NCBI GenBank assembly: GCA_013265495.1 | Contig: MU058337.1 | Span: 3,564,686-3,609,951, forward strand | Source of the DNA: Vicugna vicugna | Taxonomy: Eukaryota | Length of the DNA stretch: 45,266 nt | Reading direction: 5' to 3' | Shown here: one piece after another, positions 39,536 through 45,266 of the stretch | Layout of the letters: each line of letters opens with the position of its first letter | How positions within the stretch are numbered: position 1 is the stretch's first letter | The notes under the pieces: generated by a model | What the model was told of the DNA's origin: nothing | The model's input: only the letters and a program-made list of their open reading frames with translations | Databases searched by the model: none | Program-made: the position numbers and the translations under genes

Positions 39536-39977
39536 AAATATTACGGCCTGACTGCCTCAGAGAAAGGGAGAGGGTTCACACCATTATATTTGATTAAATG
39601 TCATACAGTTTAAACCATCTTACTTTACAACCATTTTTAACACATAATTTACAAGATACCATTTTTTATGAGGAACATGTGTCTTTAAGTACAATTATTC
39701 TACTTGTGTTTATTCCTGTATCTGTTCCATCTGCCTGCGGCAGAAGAGTTAGATAAAGCAATTAATCAAATCTGTTTTTCTCTAGGTTGATGAGGAAAGA
39801 ATGAAAGGTATTTTGTCCATAACAGGGGAGATAAGAAAGGATTTATGTCTAGAGTCCTGAGGTTTTCCTGGTTTTGAAGGACAGTCAAAAAGCCTATCAT
39901 GGAAGTAGAAGGTAGGGTTGTCCTAAAACTAAAGGGTTTGAAGATTGAAAGTGAAGCAAATATTCAGAATATAATAA

Positions 39978-40121
39978 AGCAATTTCCAAATCAATGTGAA
40001 AAATGCGTTTTTCAACAAATGGGAAAATTGGTTAGTCATCTGAAGGAAAAAATAATAATTTGGAAATTTACTTCACATCTTCCACTAAAATAAATACAGA
40101 TGGATCAATGATTGAAACAAC

Positions 40122-40184
<63 letters not shown>

Positions 40185-41030
40185 AAAAAAAAAAAAAAAA
40201 AAAAAAAAGGAAAAGTATGAAAAGAAAGCATGAGAGGTAGATTGGTTTAAAACTTTATAGTGGGCAAGTCATCTCTAAGTATAAAACAAAACACAAAGGA
40301 CACCAAATAAAACACTGATTCATTACAGAAAACTTTATAAAGTCAAGGACTAATGTTTGGGAAAATATTTTCAGTTCACACCCCAGACAGCAGGAAAAAT
40401 TTCTTATATATAAATATTCTTGTAAATCAAAAGGACAAAGAAAAAGACCACCAAAAGAAACAAAAGGCAGTCCACAATTAAAAAAATACAAAGAGTTCTT
40501 AAAAACAGACACTGTATACAGGAATATACATTTTTAACTGTATAACTCCTCTGCAAGATAATCTGACAACTATTAAAATCAATGCACATACTCTGTAACT
40601 CAGTAATTCATTTGCCTGGGCATTTATCCTACATCCTAAAGTACTGTATGCATAAGGACAGCCACTGTATGTTATAATAAGACTACTTAGGTGCGTACAA
40701 ATACGGGACAAGTTAAGTAAGTTTTGCCACATTCATACAATAGAATACCTTACAGTTTTATACAGAATATGACATTTCTAATTGTACTGTTAAAATGAAA
40801 ATTCAATCTCATATCATGTCTCTATTTGTGTGGAAAAAGAATACATATATAATGCTTAGAAGTGCAGAGAAACATCTAGAAGGCACCCAAGAACAGCCAG
40901 TGCACCCATGCATCCATACAACGTGGCTACTAGTTAGGCAGGAGGAAAAAAGACACATTTTCACAGTATTTCTTTATGTACATTTTAAAACTTATCTGGT
41001 GCATGTTTAACCTCTTTGGTAACAAATAAA
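39978..41030 (+). mobile_element. Ancient LINE-1 (L1ME-like) ORF2 3' part and 3'UTR
   Basis: ttttcaacaaatgg...aaaataaatacagatggatcaa...cagtaattca...gggcatttatccta...attcatacaatagaatac. Confidence 0.75.
40126..40208 (+). repeat. Long poly(A): A57-CC-A24
   Basis: Direct reading. Confidence 0.95.
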
Positions 41031-41647
41031 TGAAAATGTTAACTCCTCAAGTATTTGGAAACAAACACTACCAAAATCATTATTCATTAATGCATAGTTC
41101 TAAGAACAATGACATAAAGAAACCTACAAAATATTTAGAATTAACTCATAGCAAAAACAGCTTATATAAAATGTGGTCAAATACAGCTTTAGCTGTAGTT
41201 AAATGAAAATTATAGCCTTAAATGTTTTTGTTATAAAACAAGAAATACTAAAAATAATTAAGTTGATATTTGGCTTGAAAAGCGGAAAAATACTACAGCA
41301 AATTCAAATAAAATGAAAAAATATACATAATGCAGGAACTACATGAAATAAAACATACAAGATAAAAAACCAAATGTAAGCAAATAAATTAAAAACTCCC
41401 AGAAACCACCGATCAACCAAAAAAACCAGTCTTAGATAGCTCAAAAATCTCAGTAAATATAGACAGCAAAACAGACAAAGAAGGGAAAAAACAGTGACAA
41501 TTAAAAAGAGGACCTTACCACCTGAGGGGGAAAATGACGAAAATTATATGGGGAACATTTTTATCGCAACGTATGTGTAAGTCTAAAGTTTAAATTAAAT
41601 GGGCAAGTGACTAGAAAAGTGCAGGTACAATAGGAAAAGTTAATCTT

Positions 41648-41648
<1 letters not shown>

Positions 41649-41678
<30 letters not shown>
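41649..41678. repeat. (AC)15 microsatellite
   Basis: Direct reading. Confidence 0.97.
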
Positions 41679-41680
<2 letters not shown>

Positions 41681-41937
41681 CTTATTTGTCCAACACATAG
41701 TAAATAAGCTCAGTTGTAAATCAACTACTTCCTTCCCCAAAATACAGAAAGTATAGAGGCAAAGGCTTTAGGCACATGCTTCCCAATTTTCATGGAACAG
41801 GAGTAACAATCAATAACAAAACTTTTCTTCAATTCTATGCATTTTCTTCTTGAAAATGAAAAAAGTAGGAGTCTCAACTTGTTTCAGAAAGTTTCCAACA
41901 TTGAAGAGAGTAACAGTTCTAACTAAAAATGTAACTA

Positions 41938-42240
41938 CAGTTGGCCTTTAGCAACACGGATTTGAACTGCGTGGGTAGCTGCATAGGCGGATTGCTTTCA
42001 ATAAATACGGTAGCTGTATTTCCATTTTATAGACCCTTGAATTAACTAAGTGTGGGGAAAAGTTTGTGTCCTATTAGAGATCACAATATGCGAAATCAAA
42101 GGAAGTACTATTTCAGCTTCTGGCCCTTGGGTGAGTCACTTATCAATTCCTTTATTTTTGATGCAGAGATAGCAGTTCACAACTTTTCCACTGGGTGGGG
42201 GTCAGTGCCCCTAACTCCCACTTTGTTCGAGGGTCAACTG
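41938..42240. mobile_element. TcMar-Tigger MITE (Tigger2a-like)
   Basis: TA target duplication (41936-41937, 42241-42242) and imperfect TIRs cagttggcc.../...gggtcaactg. Internal tttgaactgcgtgggt and gcccctaac motifs. Confidence 0.9.
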
Positions 42241-42892
42241 TATATTTAATTCAGTGTTTTTAAAAAATGCATTCTAATCAAGTAGTCAAATCCTAGAAAT
42301 GTAAGTTATTTCATTCCAGAAAATTGGAGAACCTAATGTATGCCATTAGTAAATTAAAAAGTCATCCTAATATATGTGAAATGTTTTATAAAACTGTAAC
42401 ATTCATAATAAAACTTAGCAGAGTAGGATAAGATATGGTAGCCATTAACCTGACAAATGGCATTAGATAAAAAAAAAATTTCTTGTGAAACTTTTGCTGC
42501 ATTCCATTGCATTCAAGGAAGAAATAAAAAACAGTATTTGATAATATAATACTACCATACAGTGCTATTCTAAATATCCTAGCCAATGGAATAAAACAAT
42601 AAAAATAAATACAAAAACAGGATGACAGAATCACTATTAAATGATATGATAGTCGACATTCAAAACTCAAGAGAACTAGTTAAATAAAATCGATCAGTTT
42701 AATGAGACCAGACTACATTTTTAAATATTAGAAACTTTCAGCAATAATAACCAATTTAAAAAATGAAATAGTGAAAGAAAATCCACTTTAAGGAATAGAA
42801 GCTAGAAAATAAACCTATTCAAACGTATAATACCTTTAGCAAAAATTTATAAAATGTTACTGGTTGACATTAAAAAGATAAATACATGTTCT

Positions 42893-43313
42893 AATATATT
42901 CAAAGTGCTGAAAGAAAAATACTGCCAATCCAAAATTCTCTCCCCAGCAAGGTTATTATTCAGAACTGAGAGAGAGTAAGAGTTTTACAGATAAGCAAAA
43001 ACTAAAGGAGTTCACCACCACCAACTGGCCTTACAGAAATGTTAAGGAGACTTCTCTAAACTAAAAAGAAAAGATAACAATTAATAATAAAAAAACAAAA
43101 AATAAAAGTCTCACTGGGAAAGATAAATTAACTAATAAATGTAGTGGATCCATCACTTACAATGCAAGCACAAAAGGCCAAAGGAAAAAAAAAAGTAGTT
43201 ATATAAATTTAAAATGAAATAATTAGTCAAGGGATATATAAAATAAAAAGTTGCAAAATATGTCCTCAAAAATATAAAATGTAGGGGGTCAGTAAAATGT
43301 AAAGCTTTGGAAT
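42893..43313 (+). mobile_element. LINE-1 ORF1 C-terminus/inter-ORF fragment nested in older L1
   Basis: Translates IFKVLKEKYCQSKILSPARLLFRTE and, after a frameshift, FTDKQKLKEFTTT, matching the ORF1p C-terminal domain. Confidence 0.8.
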
Positions 43314-44941
43314 GGTCGTTTTAACAGTATTAATTCTTCCAACTCATGAAAAAAGCATAAATGCAAATATATGCACTCTGAGTGTAAGACATAACTTCTT
43401 GAAAAATATGCATAGCCTAAAATGCATATCATCAAATGTAAACTTCCTGCATGAAAATGTGACAAAGAAGTTTATTTTAGCAGTTCTGGGGGTACGATTA
43501 TAGCTATAATCTGAAGATACATGACAACTTCAAGTGAAACACGCAATGTCAGTGAAATTGTCCTGTCTTCTTCCACTAAAAAGAGGGGTTACGGTAATGT
43601 GATGATGGGAGAACCCAAAACTCATACCATGCAAGATTAGAGCGAAGGTCACTGCCCAGGTGGACTCCCCCCAGATCACATGCCCTGTGGAAGAGCTTCC
43701 ATTTTCTGCATGCAGTACTTCTGCTTCTTGGTACCAGAGCTTTCCCATGAACTAGAAAGGACACATTATTGATTTGAATAAAGACAAGTGGTAAGAACTG
43801 TCATTTAGGACGACCTCAGTGTGCAAATTCTTAGCTACCCTGTTGGTGGAAAGTAAATCACGCATGTAGCCACCCACTGGTGAGGGCCTGTGACCTCTAA
43901 TGACAGCGTCTGCTATCCTTGTCACTTCAAACCATTTTGAAGGTAACTGGGTCTATAAAGAAATAGCTGATGTAGTAAAATAAATAACTGATCCAAATTC
44001 TGCCTTTCAAATCCATTACATTCCTTAGAATGTAGGGCAGAACTCATACATGGAATATGCTGCTTTCAATATTGCTGAATGTTGCTAAAAATTGCTCGAT
44101 GTTGCTTAAAAAAAGTTGACAGATCCGTGTCTGTACCTTGTGCTCAATTGCTAATCAATGTACTATGCACTTAGAATTCCTGTTTTAAGAATTGTTTCTA
44201 AACACACCTTTACTACAATAAAGAATTTCAAAGCTTATACTCTGTCATGTCTTTCAAGGCTCCAATCTTTGTTTATTAAGTACAAAGAACACTCAACTGA
44301 TCATTTATCATCAGTAGCAGGCAATCCCAGTCACAAATGCTCACATCATGGCTATCTTCCTCTCCGAAGCATGAAAAAGAGTAGGCTGTGTACTTCATTC
44401 CAGAATTCTCCTAGTGTTTTGTTTTCATGGGCTTAACATTTAGAAAACCCATACCTATATTAAAAAAAAAAAACAGTTCATGAATAAATAGACTGCATAT
44501 CAAGGAAGAGATTTCTTTTTGGTAATCAACAAATTACCCATCAGAGACTTGACCAGGTACAGCGTAGTCCATACCTGTCCCCTAACATCCTGACCACGTG
44601 GTTTCCAAAGGCTGCCGCTTGTTCCTGCCATCTCCTGTTTCAATTTACAGATGAACATTAAATCAGTCCTATAAATGTAAATATATAAAAATCATCTTTC
44701 TTCTTCACAAAGGTCTCCTTTTTCTTTCCTTAATAACCAGTGGAAAGATCGAGAACTCCACATTCATTTAGACTCCTCTTCTCCACCGGGCCTTTTCCAC
44801 TCATTCTGGCTATTCGTGTTGACAGATGGAGCAGTGAGGCTTGTTTTACGGTAATACTCCAACAGCCATATTTTCTCCAGGCTGAGTCATCTCTGCTCTT
44901 TATTCATTCCCTGGCTGCCCTGGAAATTAGAATTTTGTCAT

Positions 44942-45203
44942 TCTGCCTTGCAAAGGCAATGGATTGGGAGAACTTGAGCATGCTAGATAATAGAACGCAC
45001 ACTGCTAATCTTTGATTTAAAAAAAAATATAATCCTGCATAACAGGATGTCAGCCTGTGCTTTTTTTTTTTTTTATCTGCCTTGCCAATGGATTGGGAGA
45101 ACTTGAGCATGCTAGATAATAGAACGCACACTGCTAATCTTTGATTTAAAAAAAAATATAATCCTGCATAACAGGATGTCAGCCTGTGCTTTTTTTTTTT
45201 TTT
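44942..45203. repeat. Tandem duplication with 118-bp identical core
   Basis: 44957-45074 is identical to 45086-45203 (including A9 and T14 runs). tctgccttgc precedes both copies; the second copy lacks aaagg. Confidence 0.97.
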
Positions 45204-45266
45204 ACATTTTTATTGATTCATAATCATTTTACAGTGTTGTGTCAAATTCCAGTGTTCAGCACAATT
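45190..45266 (-). mobile_element. 3' terminus of a young LINE-1 (camelid-like), runs off window
   Basis: Minus strand reads ...gaatttgacacaacactgtaaaatgattatgaatcAATAAAaatgt-A14. Confidence 0.85.

Larger units (their letters stand above)
41040..43430 (+). mobile_element. Ancient LINE-1 ORF2 (post-endonuclease to post-RT), fragmented, with nested insertions
   Basis: aaaatatttagaatt...tatagccttaaatg...aattaaatgggcaa...tattctaaatatcctagccaatggaataa...acatgttct...aattcttccaa; A-rich sense strand. Confidence 0.7.

Overview
AT-rich, repeat-dense mammalian non-coding DNA (intron or intergenic). The young LINE-1 3' ends and the absence of recognisable Alu, B1, Bov-B/Bov-tA, PRE1 or SINEC elements point to a cetartiodactyl, most likely a camelid (inference from recalled consensus sequences, not a search). 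No protein-coding gene, RNA gene or CRISPR array is supported. The listed ORFs are short, and those that resemble anything lie inside transposon remnants. The window contains L1, L2, CR1/L3, MIR, MaLR/ERVL/ERV1 LTRs, Tigger and hAT elements and microsatellites. The most unusual signals are small rearrangement scars: (1) a perfect 47-bp direct duplication whose 28-bp spacer is copied from ~1.15 kb upstream; (2) an orphan ~80-bp ERV1-LTR fragment related to a solo LTR 3.6 kb away; (3) a 118-bp identical tandem duplication that includes the poly(A) tail of a young L1. I do not see evidence for a novel gene-encoded system. Repeat family names come from remembered consensus motifs, and boundaries of old elements are approximate.
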